NCBI GenBank assembly: GCA_051868045.1 | Contig: JBJDZN010000076.1 | Location: 71,194-135,193, forward strand | Length of the DNA stretch: 64,000 nt | Origin: Eubacteriales bacterium | Lineage (GTDB): Bacteria; Bacillota; Clostridia; Oscillospirales; CAG-272 | Direction: 5' to 3' | In this document: piece after piece, positions 54,564 to 63,754 of the stretch | Position numbering within the stretch: the stretch's first letter is position 1 | How the letters are laid out: each line of letters opens with the position of its first letter | Made by a program: the position numbers and the translations under genes | Notes under the pieces: generated by a model | The model's input: the letters and a program-made list of their open reading frames with translations, nothing else | What the model was told of the DNA's origin: nothing | Databases searched by the model: none

Positions 54564-57251
54564 TTATTCAGTCACAACGGTAGCTATGGTGAAGTAGTCG
54601 CTCAAACCGTACTCGGTTGCGTAGGTGTAAGCGGCAGAAGTCTTGAATCCGGTGATTCCGACTTCAACTACGGTTACATCTACAACTTCCTCCTCGTATG
54701 TGGAGGTGATAACCTCTGTGATGTCACTGCCGTCTGCATTGTGCTGAGGCATACCATCCTCGTCGGTTACAATTGCGGTGACAATCTGAGTGATGGGAGT
54801 CGTACCGTCGTTCTCGTAGGTGGGATTGCCGTCCTCGTCGGTGACGATCTCGGTGACATCCACCGATTTGGTAACGGTGCTGGTATTCTTGAGCTCGTAA
54901 GAGGGAAGGATGCTATAGTTTCCGTTCTCGTCCTGCTCATAGCAGAAGGCGTAAGCACCGACTGTTGTCAGGGTAGAGGGAAGCGCGAACTTGTAGACCT
55001 TGGTGTTCAGGAAGGCATTTTCGCCGACGGTGGACAGGATCGTACCGCTCAGATCAATGGTCTCCAGATTGGTGCAGTCACGGAAGGCGTTTGCACGGAT
55101 TTCCTCAAGAGTGGAGGTAACGGTGACAGATACGATGCTTTCATTGCCTCTGAATGCGTCCTCGCCGATGAAGACAATCCGGCGGTTGACGCCGTACAGG
55201 CTGATCTCGCCGTCTTCATTCAGGCGGAAGTATTCGGGCAGCTTTACGGTAGCTTCATTGCCTGTGTACTTGGTAATGATCAGACCGACAGGGGAGTATA
55301 CCTCCTCTTCCGTATCGCCGGCAGCCTCATCGGTGGTATCGGTAGCAAGAGCAAGCTGCAGAATTTCAGTGCCTTCAGGAGGAGCGATGAGATCGAATTC
55401 GAAGTTCTCATACAGGGAGTAGCCGGAAACACCCAGAATGTGGAAGAAATCCTCGGGCAGGGTTTCGGATCCGGTGTACTCGGCAAGGGCTGCGGAGAAG
55501 GTCGTTGCGTAGGTTTCCTGTCTGCCGCCCAGATAGCCATAGAGGACGAAATCCTCAAGAGGAATGGCATCAGGAGTTGCACCCTCGTATGCGGGTTCAG
55601 CGTCAACATAACCCAGACAGTTGGCGTTCAGGGTTGTAATGCTGGCGGGGAGAACGACTTCCTTCAGAGAAGGACAGTTATAGAAGCACTTGGTATTGAA
55701 GGTAGTGTTGGAGGTGCAGTTGACATTCAGCGTGACAAGGGAGGTACAGCCTTCGAATGCAGATGCACCGACTGCCGTAACCTGAGAGGGCAGCGTAATT
55801 TCAGTCAGCGAGTCGCAGCCGTAGCAGAGGTTCTGCATCAGGTTGGTTATGCGGGATCCGAAGTCGAGGGCTTTCAGATCCTTGCACTGATAGAAGACGG
55901 AGTAGCCCAGGTTGGTCACATTTTCGGGAATCGTAAATTCAGTGATGGCGGTTTTGCCGAAGGCACCGTTCTGAATGGATGTAATCTGAGGATTGAAGTT
56001 GATGGACGTGATGTTCTCACAGCCGTAAACAATGAAGGCGGGAATCTTCGTGATGGAATCAGGAATGTCGATGGTGGTAAGACCGGTGCAGTTGGCGAAA
56101 GCACCCGATCCCAGAACACCGACGATCTCACCGATGCCTTCGTACTTCTCGGTGGCACCGATGGACTGGGGAATCGTAACCGAATCAATTCCTACCATGC
56201 CGCAGAAGGCATAGTCGCCGATGGAAATGACCGTCTCGGGAATGTTCAGTTCGGTGACGGCATACAGGTTGTAGAAAGCATAGCTTCCGATGGAAACCAG
56301 TCCGTTAGCAGGGATACCGGGATCCTCAGGCTCGGCGGTTTCAGGAGCCTCTGCGTCGGTGTCGGCGTCGGCATCGGTATCTGCGTCGGCGTCGGCATCG
56401 GCAACTTCATCGTCGTCCAATTCGGCAAAGGCAGCAATGGGAGAAGCAAAATTGATCTCGGTCACTCCGGTGCAGAAGTAGAAGGCAGAATCGCCGATGA
56501 CATGAACGCTGGCGGGAATATCGAGTTCGGTCAAAGCCGTGCAGTAATAGAAGGCTTCGTTACCGATTGCGGTGACGTTCTCGGGGATGGCGTAGGTCAG
56601 AGAAGTGCAGCCGTAGAAGGTCTGATCGGGGATCGTGGTAAGGGAAGCGGGCAGCTTGCACTGGGTCAGGGCAGAGCATCCGAAGAAGACGGCAGCTCCC
56701 AGATCGGTAACGCTGTCGGGAACCGTGACATCCGTCAGGGATTCATTGTAGGCAAATGCCTTTTTCCCGATGGAAGTCACACTGTCGGAAATATCCACCT
56801 GAGTCAGTGTGGTGCAGCGATAGAAGGCAGAAGCACCGATTGCCGTGTAGCCGGAGGGAATGGTTACCTTGGTTACACCGGAGCCTTCTCCGAAGACATA
56901 CTCACCCACTACGGTAACAGGGCTGCCGTTAACCGTTGTGGGAAGGGTCACTTCACCGCCGGTTCCTTTGTAGCCGGTCAGGGCGATGCCGTTTTTGTAG
57001 ATCTTATAGGTGAAGTTCTCGTCCTCAGTATTTGAAACAAACTCACCGAGACCGTAGAGGTCATATTCACCGGTATTCGACGAAGTCGGAGTATCGGAAT
57101 CATCATCCGGAGCCGTTGTGCCGGTGCCGTCTTCCACAGCATCGCCGGATGTTGCGGTACCCGATGTCGTACCCGGTGTCTTCTCACCGCCGCAGGCGAT
57201 CAGCGATAAGGAGAGCGACATAATCAACAAAGCAAAAAGCAGTTTTTTCAT
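54564..57251 (-). CDS. BspA-like leucine-rich-repeat (LRR_5) surface lipoprotein
   Basis: Start MKKLLFALLIMSLSLSLIACGG (lipobox) after AGGAG. It has many repeats of the type F..C..L..I.IP.SVT.IG..AF and an internal Asp/Ala repeat. Confidence 0.85.
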   Translation of the reverse strand: MKKLLFALLIMSLSLSLIACGGEKTPGTTSGTATSGDAVEDGTGTTAPDDDSDTPTSSNTGEYDLYGLGEFVSNTEDENFTYKIYKNGIALTGYKGTGGEVTLPTTVNGSPVTVVGEYVFGEGSGVTKVTIPSGYTAIGASAFYRCTTLTQVDISDSVTSIGKKAFAYNESLTDVTVPDSVTDLGAAVFFGCSALTQCKLPASLTTIPDQTFYGCTSLTYAIPENVTAIGNEAFYYCTALTELDIPASVHVIGDSAFYFCTGVTEINFASPIAAFAELDDDEVADADADADTDADADTDAEAPETAEPEDPGIPANGLVSIGSYAFYNLYAVTELNIPETVISIGDYAFCGMVGIDSVTIPQSIGATEKYEGIGEIVGVLGSGAFANCTGLTTIDIPDSITKIPAFIVYGCENITSINFNPQITSIQNGAFGKTAITEFTIPENVTNLGYSVFYQCKDLKALDFGSRITNLMQNLCYGCDSLTEITLPSQVTAVGASAFEGCTSLVTLNVNCTSNTTFNTKCFYNCPSLKEVVLPASITTLNANCLGYVDAEPAYEGATPDAIPLEDFVLYGYLGGRQETYATTFSAALAEYTGSETLPEDFFHILGVSGYSLYENFEFDLIAPPEGTEILQLALATDTTDEAAGDTEEEVYSPVGLIITKYTGNEATVKLPEYFRLNEDGEISLYGVNRRIVFIGEDAFRGNESIVSVTVTSTLEEIRANAFRDCTNLETIDLSGTILSTVGENAFLNTKVYKFALPSTLTTVGAYAFCYEQDENGNYSILPSYELKNTSTVTKSVDVTEIVTDEDGNPTYENDGTTPITQIVTAIVTDEDGMPQHNADGSDITEVITSTYEEEVVDVTVVEVGITGFKTSAAYTYATEYGLSDYFTIATVVTE
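56351..56405 (-). repeat. Coding microsatellite-like repeat (Asp-Ala/Asp-Thr) inside the LRR gene
   Basis: Repeated GCGTCGGCATCGG-type units encode DADADADTDADADTDA. Confidence 0.8.
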
Positions 57252-57281
57252 CGTGTTCACTCCTAAAAGAATTGTCTCCTT

Positions 57282-57311
57282 ATTATACAATATTTTTCTT
57301 CCGTTTGTCAA
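57282..57311 (-). promoter_or_regulatory. SigA-type promoter for the LRR lipoprotein gene
   Basis: On the minus strand: TTGACA, 18-nt spacer, TATAAT. Confidence 0.55.
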
Positions 57312-57364
57312 GATGTTCGGTGAATTTTTATAAAAAATAGTTGTTGTTTTTTTGTAAATTTTTA

Positions 57365-57391
57365 TTGACAATCCGACAAAGGGGATATAAT
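57365..57391 (+). promoter_or_regulatory. Putative promoter for the TPP riboswitch transcript
   Basis: TTGACA, then TATAAT after a short (about 15-nt) spacer. Confidence 0.4.
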
Positions 57392-57410
57392 GAAATCAAC
57401 CGAACCGAAT

Positions 57411-57507
57411 AAAATCAGGGGTGCTGAAATCACAGGCTGGTGGAGGCTGAGACGAGGCGACTCGAACCCTTAACCTGATACGGATAATGCCGTCGTAGGG
57501 AGATTAT
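57411..57507 (+). ncRNA. TPP (THI-box) riboswitch aptamer
   Basis: AGGGGUGC...GGCUGAGA...ACCCUUAACCUGAUACGGAUAAUGCCGUCGUAGGGA matches the THI element. P1 pairs AAAAUC with GAUUAU. Confidence 0.85.
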
Positions 57508-57600
57508 CCTCATAACGGTAATCGGAATGATTTTGCCGGTCAACGTTCCTCAGATCATGAAAATCGTCAAGGCAGACTGAATCATCATCGGATATTGTGA

Positions 57601-57628
57601 AAATCCCTTCCCTCTGAAGGGATTTTTG
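57601..57628 (+). terminator. Intrinsic terminator forming the likely expression platform of the TPP riboswitch
   Basis: Stem AAATCCCTT/AAGGGATTT followed by TTTTG. Confidence 0.7.
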
Positions 57629-57683
57629 TCTGATCATGACATAACCTTCACCGAACTTTCACGAAACCTTTAGCGTATCATCA

Positions 57684-57712
57684 TTGACTTTTTGCTTTAT
57701 CTGTGCTATAAT
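57684..57712 (+). promoter_or_regulatory. SigA-type promoter directly upstream of the Thr-rich lipoprotein gene
   Basis: TTGACT, 17-nt spacer, TGcTATAAT (extended -10). Confidence 0.65.
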
Positions 57713-57745
57713 GTGGACAGTAAAAACGAAAGGAAGTTTTGGTAA

Positions 57746-58408
57746 ATGAAAAAAATTGCACTTGTCCTGATTCTTTGTGCCCTGACAATCGGCACGCTTG
57801 TCTCCTGCGGCTCCGGTGAGGGGGATGATACCACCACGGAAGCAACGACTACAAACACTGCGGCAACCACGACGTCTGAGGCTGCCACTACCACAACTGA
57901 GGGAACCGAAGAAGAGCCTGATGTCACCACCGGTGATACCAATTCCGAGCCTTCCGCTCCCGCATCCTCCGACGATCCGGCAGAGGAACTGGGCAATCTG
58001 ACCTGGGTGGACAACAACGATACCCTTCGTTATGAGATCACCGTAAACGACGATGGAAGCGTTTCGGTTTCCTACACCAAGGAGCCTGCTTCCGAAAGTA
58101 TGGAGCGTTACGGTTATGCGGGCGCATCCTGGGCAAATATGAAGGCGGATATTTCTGAAGCGTACACCGGTCAGAGCAAGCTGGTCATGAAGGTTCAGGG
58201 TACCGCCGGTCAGAACCTGATGATTAAGCCCTTCGACGACGCAGCCTATCAGCAGGTGCTGAACTTCGACGGCAGCGAGCAGGAGATTACCATTGAACTG
58301 AACAATGTGTCCGACGATGCCCAGATGATCATTATCCTGTTCGGTAACAGCGGCGATCCCGATGTGTCCGGCGAGTTCACCATTCTGGAATCCGGTTTTG
58401 TTGACTGA
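57746..58408 (+). CDS. Lipoprotein with a Thr-rich linker and a C-terminal beta-sandwich-like (CBM-like) domain, hypothetical
   Basis: Lipobox LVSCGS, a linker of T/A/E repeats, and about 140 aa of globular C-terminus. Confidence 0.7.
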   Translation: MKKIALVLILCALTIGTLVSCGSGEGDDTTTEATTTNTAATTTSEAATTTTEGTEEEPDVTTGDTNSEPSAPASSDDPAEELGNLTWVDNNDTLRYEITVNDDGSVSVSYTKEPASESMERYGYAGASWANMKADISEAYTGQSKLVMKVQGTAGQNLMIKPFDDAAYQQVLNFDGSEQEITIELNNVSDDAQMIIILFGNSGDPDVSGEFTILESGFVD

Positions 58409-58455
58409 TCGAAAATCATTACCCCAAAAAACGCAGGTGTTATCCTATGTTTTTT

Positions 58456-58485
58456 ATCAGAGGAGCAATCCTCTGATTTTTTTTA
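58456..58485 (+). terminator. Intrinsic terminator after the Thr-rich lipoprotein gene
   Basis: Stem ATCAGAGGA/TCCTCTGAT followed by TTTTTTTT. Confidence 0.85.
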
Positions 58486-58502
58486 TTTTTTTTGAAAAGC
58501 TA

Positions 58503-58531
58503 TTGACAATCAAAAGAGTGTGTGATATAAT
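58503..58531 (+). promoter_or_regulatory. SigA-type promoter for the 58583 membrane-protein gene
   Basis: TTGACA, 17-nt spacer, TGaTATAAT. Confidence 0.65.
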
Positions 58532-58582
58532 ATAATCAGTGATAAACAAAACCCGAGCAGGGCATGAAAGGAGCGGTATGAC

Positions 58583-59191
58583 ATGAGGAGTGAATTAAAC
58601 ATGGAGGAAGCAAGACGGCAGGCTCTGGAGTCCGTAAGAAAGCAGCTTTTGCCCGATGAAAGCCTTCTTTGGATAGGAAAGCCGGGGAAACGGTCGTTGA
58701 GAGAGGTTCTGAATTTTAATTCCCTGTTTTTGGTGGTATTCAGTGCGGTATGGATCGGCGGGGTACTGATCGGATCTGTCAGTACGGCGGTAGAGACCAT
58801 TACAGAAGTGATGAGCGGGGAGTCCGGTCCGGCGGAACTGTTGATCTTACTCTTCTTTATTCCTTTTTATTTAGGTGCCTGTCTCCTGATTCTGACGGTT
58901 GTCCATACCCTGTCCGGATGGGGAACGAACATGGTATACGCCCTGACCGACAGACGGGTTCTGATTCTGGATGTGCGCAAAAAGAAGGTCAAATGTACGG
59001 CGTACAATCTGTCTGTCCTGTCCGGAATACGCCTTGAGACCCTGGAAAATGGGGATGGAACAATTTTCTTCCCGAAAAATGAAAATCCGTCAAGTTTTAA
59101 ATGGAATAACGCCGAAGAGGCGGATTGCTTCTATAAGATTCCCGATGCAAAGAGAGTCTATCAGATGATCTTGGACGGCGTCCCGAAATAA
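58583..59191 (+). CDS. Membrane protein, possibly bacterial PH-domain (YdbS/DUF304-like), hypothetical
   Basis: Two TM helices flanked by soluble segments (LLWIGKP..., YALTDRRVLIL). It has its own consensus promoter. Confidence 0.5.
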   Translation: MRSELNMEEARRQALESVRKQLLPDESLLWIGKPGKRSLREVLNFNSLFLVVFSAVWIGGVLIGSVSTAVETITEVMSGESGPAELLILLFFIPFYLGACLLILTVVHTLSGWGTNMVYALTDRRVLILDVRKKKVKCTAYNLSVLSGIRLETLENGDGTIFFPKNENPSSFKWNNAEEADCFYKIPDAKRVYQMILDGVPK

Positions 59192-59218
59192 TCCCGGAAT
59201 ATCCGCAAGATACGCCCA

Positions 59219-59249
59219 AATCCCCCGAAAGTTTGACTTTCGGGGGATT
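59219..59249. terminator. Hairpin between convergent genes (58583 membrane protein and the flavodoxin-like gene)
   Basis: 13-bp stem AATCCCCCGAAAG/CTTTCGGGGGATT. Confidence 0.6.
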
Positions 59250-59267
59250 GAGTTTATCATGGACGGA

Positions 59268-59963
59268 CTATGGTTTGATCCAGCCGTGATTGATATAATG
59301 AGCGTTATCGAGACTTGGCGTGTCCTCACCCTTGAGAACCATCTTGTGCTGGAGCTTTGCCATGTTGAAAAGGAGCGAGACTTTCACATTCATCCGCTTG
59401 CAGGGATGAAGATTCCGGACCTTGTCGGCGAGCCGTCGCATTTTCGTTTCCAACATCTTTCGGTGCTTGTCGGACAGGCGATCCACAAAGATGTCGCCCA
59501 TCATGGGCGCACCGCAGAGGTAGATGCGGGACAGTCCCATCCAGTTTAAGGCGGTTTTCACATCCTTTTGTGCCGATCCGTTGGGGGCACCTACACTGTT
59601 GGTGATGATGACCGCTGTCTTTCGGAAGAATTCCGGCTCCGGGCGGTGAACCATCCAATAGACGCACAGGTGATCCAAAAGGGATTTGATGCTGGCAGGA
59701 GCCCGCAGGGCATATACCGGATAGGCAAAAACAAGCAGATCGGCATCCAGTATCGCTTTCCAGATGGGTGCCGTCTGAGGGGCATGAGGACATTTGTCCT
59801 CTCCCCGCAGGAAGCAGGACTTGCATCCCAGGCAGAAAGGCGGAAAATCTTTGGGATAAAACTCCACGACCTCACGTTCTTTGGGGAGATTTTGCAAAAA
59901 AAGTTCTTTCATGGTGAAGGTGATCCCCTTGACAGAGGTACCGTTCAAAACGACAATCTTCAT
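59268..59963 (-). CDS. Flavodoxin-like fold NAD(P)H-dependent FMN oxidoreductase family protein
   Basis: MKIVVLNGTS..., the Cys cluster CLGCKSCFLRGEDKCPH, and DLLVFAYPVY. Confidence 0.7.
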   Translation of the reverse strand: MKIVVLNGTSVKGITFTMKELFLQNLPKEREVVEFYPKDFPPFCLGCKSCFLRGEDKCPHAPQTAPIWKAILDADLLVFAYPVYALRAPASIKSLLDHLCVYWMVHRPEPEFFRKTAVIITNSVGAPNGSAQKDVKTALNWMGLSRIYLCGAPMMGDIFVDRLSDKHRKMLETKMRRLADKVRNLHPCKRMNVKVSLLFNMAKLQHKMVLKGEDTPSLDNAHYINHGWIKP

Positions 59964-59998
59964 ATCTGTATTTCCTTTCCCGGGAGACGTCCATACCG

Positions 59999-62005
59999 TT
60001 ACGCCAGCTCTTTTTTACCGGTGTACAGCTCGTAATAACGACCCTTCATGGCAAGCAGCTCGTCGTGATTGCCGCGCTCGATGATCTCGCCTGCCTCCAG
60101 CACCATGATGCAGTCGGCGTTGCGGACGGTGGACAGACGGTGGGCAATGACAAAGGTGGTGCGGTTCTTCATGAGCCGATCCATGCCGTGCTCGATGTGA
60201 CGCTCGGTACGGGTATCCACCGAGGAGGTTGCCTCGTCCAGAACCAGAATCGGAGCCTTTGAGATCGCCGCACGGGCGATGTTCAGAAGCTGACGCTGCC
60301 CCTGGGACAGATTGGCACCGTCGCCCTCCAGCATGGTGTTGTAGCCGTCGGAAAGACGCATGATGAAGGAGTGGGCAGATGCCGTTTTAGCCGCCTCGAT
60401 GACCTCCTCGTCGGTGGCATCGGGTCTGCCGTAGCGGATGTTTTCCATGACCGTTCCGGTGAACAGATGGGTGTCCTGAAGAACCATGGCGATGTTCTTT
60501 CTCAGGAAGTCACGGTGCAGCTTTTTGACATTTATGCCGTCGATGGTGATCTCACCCTCTTCGATGTCGTAGAAACGGTTCAGCAGATTGGTGATGGTGG
60601 TTTTACCTGCGCCGGTGGAACCGACGAAGGCGATTTTCTGTCCGGGATGAGCATACAGGTTGATGTGCTTCAGGATGGTCTTGTCGGGGTTGTAGCCGAA
60701 GGTGACGTCTTCCATAATTACGTCGCCGCGGATGGCTTCAAGTTCCACAGCATCGGGATCGTCGGCAGCCTCGGGATCGGTGTCCATAACCGCAAAGACC
60801 CGCTCGGCACCGGCAAGGGCGGAGAAGACCGTCGCCATCTGCTGGGAAATCATGTTGATGGGGTTGGAGAATTGCTTGGAGTAGCCGGCAAAGACGGTTA
60901 ATGCGCCAGATGAAAATCCTGAGGTACACATCATAATACCGCCGACGCCTACTGTGATCGCATAACTGATCTGAGAGGTGTTGCCCATGATGGGTCCCAT
61001 GATGCCGCCGTAGAACTGGGCACGGAACTGCTTGTCACGCAGGTCGTTGTTCAGAAGGTCGAATTCCTCCACACAGTCATTCTCATGATTGAAGACCTTG
61101 ACCACCTTCTGACCGGTAACGGTTTCCTCAATGTAACCGTTGACCGCACCCAGTGCCGCCTGCTGTCCGCTGTAATACCGCTGGGATGCTTTGGCAATGG
61201 TACCGCCCAGGAAGGTGAAGACGGGAATGAAAAAGACGGTGATCAGCGTCAGAATCCAGTTGGTGGTAATCATGAACAGAAAGGTTCCGATCAGGTTTAC
61301 CGTTCCCGATACCAAAGAGGTCAGGGAGTTGTTCAGCATGGTGTCGATGTTGTCCACGTCGTTGGTAAACCTGGACATAAGCTCGCCGGTAGGATGGGAG
61401 TCGAAGTAGCGGATGGGCAGCGACTGCATTTTATTGAACAGATCGTTCCGGATTTTCTCAATGGCACTCTGGGAAATGTAGAGCATCACCCGCGCCTGGA
61501 TGTAAGTGGTAAGGATACCGATGGCATACACCATCACAAGGATCAGAAGTGCCGCAATGATGTAGAGCATTACCGAGGCGACTTTTCCGCCCAGCAGTCC
61601 TTCAACTGGGGTCAGCAGAGCGTTGATCGCCTTGTTGGCAATCTGCTCGGGCAGACTGTGCTGAATGGGAATGTCAGGGGCGACGACCTCCTGAAGACGG
61701 TTGATGATGGGAGCCAGCATATAGGATCCGATCAAAGCGGTGACAGTAGAGACCAGCATACAGAAAAGCACCAGTATCAGGTGGAATTTGTAGGCGGCAA
61801 CATAGGAGATCATCCTGCCAACGGTCTGACGGGTATTCTTGGGTTTGCCGGTCATTCTGGCTCTGCCGCCGGGACCTCCTCCGGGACCGCCGGGTTTGCC
61901 CGGACCGCCGGGACCTCCGGGTCCAACCGGTCTGCTGGCTGCGCTCTTGGTCGAGGAAGTGAAGTTTGCATATTGTTTTTGCAGTTTTTCAAGATTTCTA
62001 GCCAT
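59999..62005 (-). CDS. ABC exporter, fused permease-ATPase, with a Gly/Pro-rich N-terminal extension
   Basis: GSTGAGKTT, LSQGQRQLL and ILVLDEATS. The N-terminus contains PVGPGGPGGPGKPGGPGGGPGG. Confidence 0.9.
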   Translation of the reverse strand: MARNLEKLQKQYANFTSSTKSAASRPVGPGGPGGPGKPGGPGGGPGGRARMTGKPKNTRQTVGRMISYVAAYKFHLILVLFCMLVSTVTALIGSYMLAPIINRLQEVVAPDIPIQHSLPEQIANKAINALLTPVEGLLGGKVASVMLYIIAALLILVMVYAIGILTTYIQARVMLYISQSAIEKIRNDLFNKMQSLPIRYFDSHPTGELMSRFTNDVDNIDTMLNNSLTSLVSGTVNLIGTFLFMITTNWILTLITVFFIPVFTFLGGTIAKASQRYYSGQQAALGAVNGYIEETVTGQKVVKVFNHENDCVEEFDLLNNDLRDKQFRAQFYGGIMGPIMGNTSQISYAITVGVGGIMMCTSGFSSGALTVFAGYSKQFSNPINMISQQMATVFSALAGAERVFAVMDTDPEAADDPDAVELEAIRGDVIMEDVTFGYNPDKTILKHINLYAHPGQKIAFVGSTGAGKTTITNLLNRFYDIEEGEITIDGINVKKLHRDFLRKNIAMVLQDTHLFTGTVMENIRYGRPDATDEEVIEAAKTASAHSFIMRLSDGYNTMLEGDGANLSQGQRQLLNIARAAISKAPILVLDEATSSVDTRTERHIEHGMDRLMKNRTTFVIAHRLSTVRNADCIMVLEAGEIIERGNHDELLAMKGRYYELYTGKKELA

Positions 62006-62020
62006 ATCTGTTCACTCCTT

Positions 62021-63748
62021 TCACGCCTTGCTGGTCTGGGACTCGTAGATTTCCTGATAATCGGTATTGTTCTGAAGCAGTTCTTCATGTTTGCCGATAC
62101 CGGTGATCTTTCCGTCAGTCATAACAATGATCTGATCGGCGTCCATAACCGAGGTGATACGCTGGGCGATGATGATTTTGGTGGAGTCAGCCAGTTCGTT
62201 TTTGAATGCCTTCCGGATCTGCGCTTCGGTGGCAGTATCCACGGCAGAAGTTGAGTCATCCAGAATCAGAATTTTCGGTTTCTTCAGCAGGGCACGGGCA
62301 ATACACAGTCTCTGCTTCTGACCGCCCGATACGTTGGTGCCGCCCTGATCCAGTTCGGTCTGATAACCGTCGGTGAAGCCGGAGACAAACTTGTCTGCCT
62401 GAGCGGACTGTGCGGCGGCAGTGATTTCTTCTTCGGTGGCATTTTCGTCGCCCCAACGCAGGTTGTCCTCGATGGTTCCCGAGAACAGCACGTTTTTCTG
62501 AAGGACCATGCCCACACCCTCACGCAGATTGTAGAGGGAGTAATCCCGGACGTTGATTCCGTCCACCAGAACAGAACCTTCGTCGGTGTCGTAGAGACGG
62601 GGAATCATGGAGACCAGCGTGGACTTGCCGCATCCCGTGGAGCCGATGATGCCCACGGTTGATCCCGGCTCAATGGTGAGATTCACATGATCCAGCACCT
62701 GCTCCTCACTGCTCTTGTAGTAGCGGAAGCTGACGTTCTTGAACTCGATCCGACCGCTCTGGACGGTAGCCTCAGGATGAGCGGCAAACTCGTCGGACAG
62801 GTCCACCTTCTCGTCCAGAACCTCACAGATACGCTTTCCGGAGGCAAGGGCACGGGAGGACATCATGAACATCATGGTGACCATCATCAGGGATCCGAGA
62901 ATCTGGGTCACATAGGTGATGAATGCAGACAGATCGCCAACCTTCATGTTGCCGGCGAGGACGATCTTACCGCCCAGCAGGATGACGGCGAGGGTTGCCA
63001 GATTCATGAACAGGGTCATGACAGGGGACATGAAGATAACGACCTTCATTGCCGACATGCCCGCATTCTTCAGATCGGCGTTTGCGGTGTGGAATTTGTC
63101 CTTTTCACGTTCTTCACAGACGAAGGACTTTACCACACGGACGTTGGTGATGTTTTCCTGAACGGTGGAGTTCAGGGAGTCGATCTTGGTCTGCATCCGG
63201 GTGAATCGGGGGAAGCCCGTGCGGACGATGCCCACAATTGAAATCAGCATCAGGGGGATCGTGACGGCAAAGACCACCGACAGGGAGGGCTTTAAGGCGA
63301 TTGCCATAATCAGACCGCCGATCAGCATACCGGGCGAACGCAGGAGCATACGCAGTGCCATGTTGACCACGTTCTGAATCTGGGTCACGTCGTTGGTAAG
63401 TCTTGTTACCAGCGAACCGGTGGAGAATTTGTCGATGTTGGCAAAGGAGTATTTTTGAACCTTTGCATAAACGTCGGATCGCAGATCGGCGGCAAAGTTG
63501 ACCGACGCCTTGGAGCCGAAATAGGCACCTCCGACACCTCCCAACATCATGATCAGGGCGGTCAGCACCATCAGTGCGGCGATTCCGATGCAGCCGGGTA
63601 CTGTCAATTGCCCGTCGTTGGCTTCATTGATGATGTGGCGCAGGAAAATCGGCATCAGAACCTCGCCTACGACCTCCACGATCATACAAAGGGGTCCTAA
63701 GATGAAGAAGGGAAGGTAGGGGCGAATGTATTTGTACCATCTTTTCAA
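62021..63748 (-). CDS. ABC exporter, fused permease-ATPase (partner subunit)
   Basis: GSTGCGKST, VSGGQKQRL and ILILDDSTS. Confidence 0.9.
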   Translation of the reverse strand: MKRWYKYIRPYLPFFILGPLCMIVEVVGEVLMPIFLRHIINEANDGQLTVPGCIGIAALMVLTALIMMLGGVGGAYFGSKASVNFAADLRSDVYAKVQKYSFANIDKFSTGSLVTRLTNDVTQIQNVVNMALRMLLRSPGMLIGGLIMAIALKPSLSVVFAVTIPLMLISIVGIVRTGFPRFTRMQTKIDSLNSTVQENITNVRVVKSFVCEEREKDKFHTANADLKNAGMSAMKVVIFMSPVMTLFMNLATLAVILLGGKIVLAGNMKVGDLSAFITYVTQILGSLMMVTMMFMMSSRALASGKRICEVLDEKVDLSDEFAAHPEATVQSGRIEFKNVSFRYYKSSEEQVLDHVNLTIEPGSTVGIIGSTGCGKSTLVSMIPRLYDTDEGSVLVDGINVRDYSLYNLREGVGMVLQKNVLFSGTIEDNLRWGDENATEEEITAAAQSAQADKFVSGFTDGYQTELDQGGTNVSGGQKQRLCIARALLKKPKILILDDSTSAVDTATEAQIRKAFKNELADSTKIIIAQRITSVMDADQIIVMTDGKITGIGKHEELLQNNTDYQEIYESQTSKA

Positions 63749-63754
63749 ATTAAA

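Noticed and set aside
56330-56420. A regular short repeat that might be mistaken for a CRISPR-like or minisatellite locus.
   Set aside because: The units are only 6-12 nt with no spacers, and they lie in frame inside the LRR gene, encoding a DA/DT tract. It is a coding microsatellite, not a CRISPR array.
57527-57580. A 17-codon ORF (MILPVNVPQIMKIVKAD) between the TPP aptamer and its terminator.
   Set aside because: It has no SD. It is most likely part of the riboswitch expression platform rather than a leader peptide.
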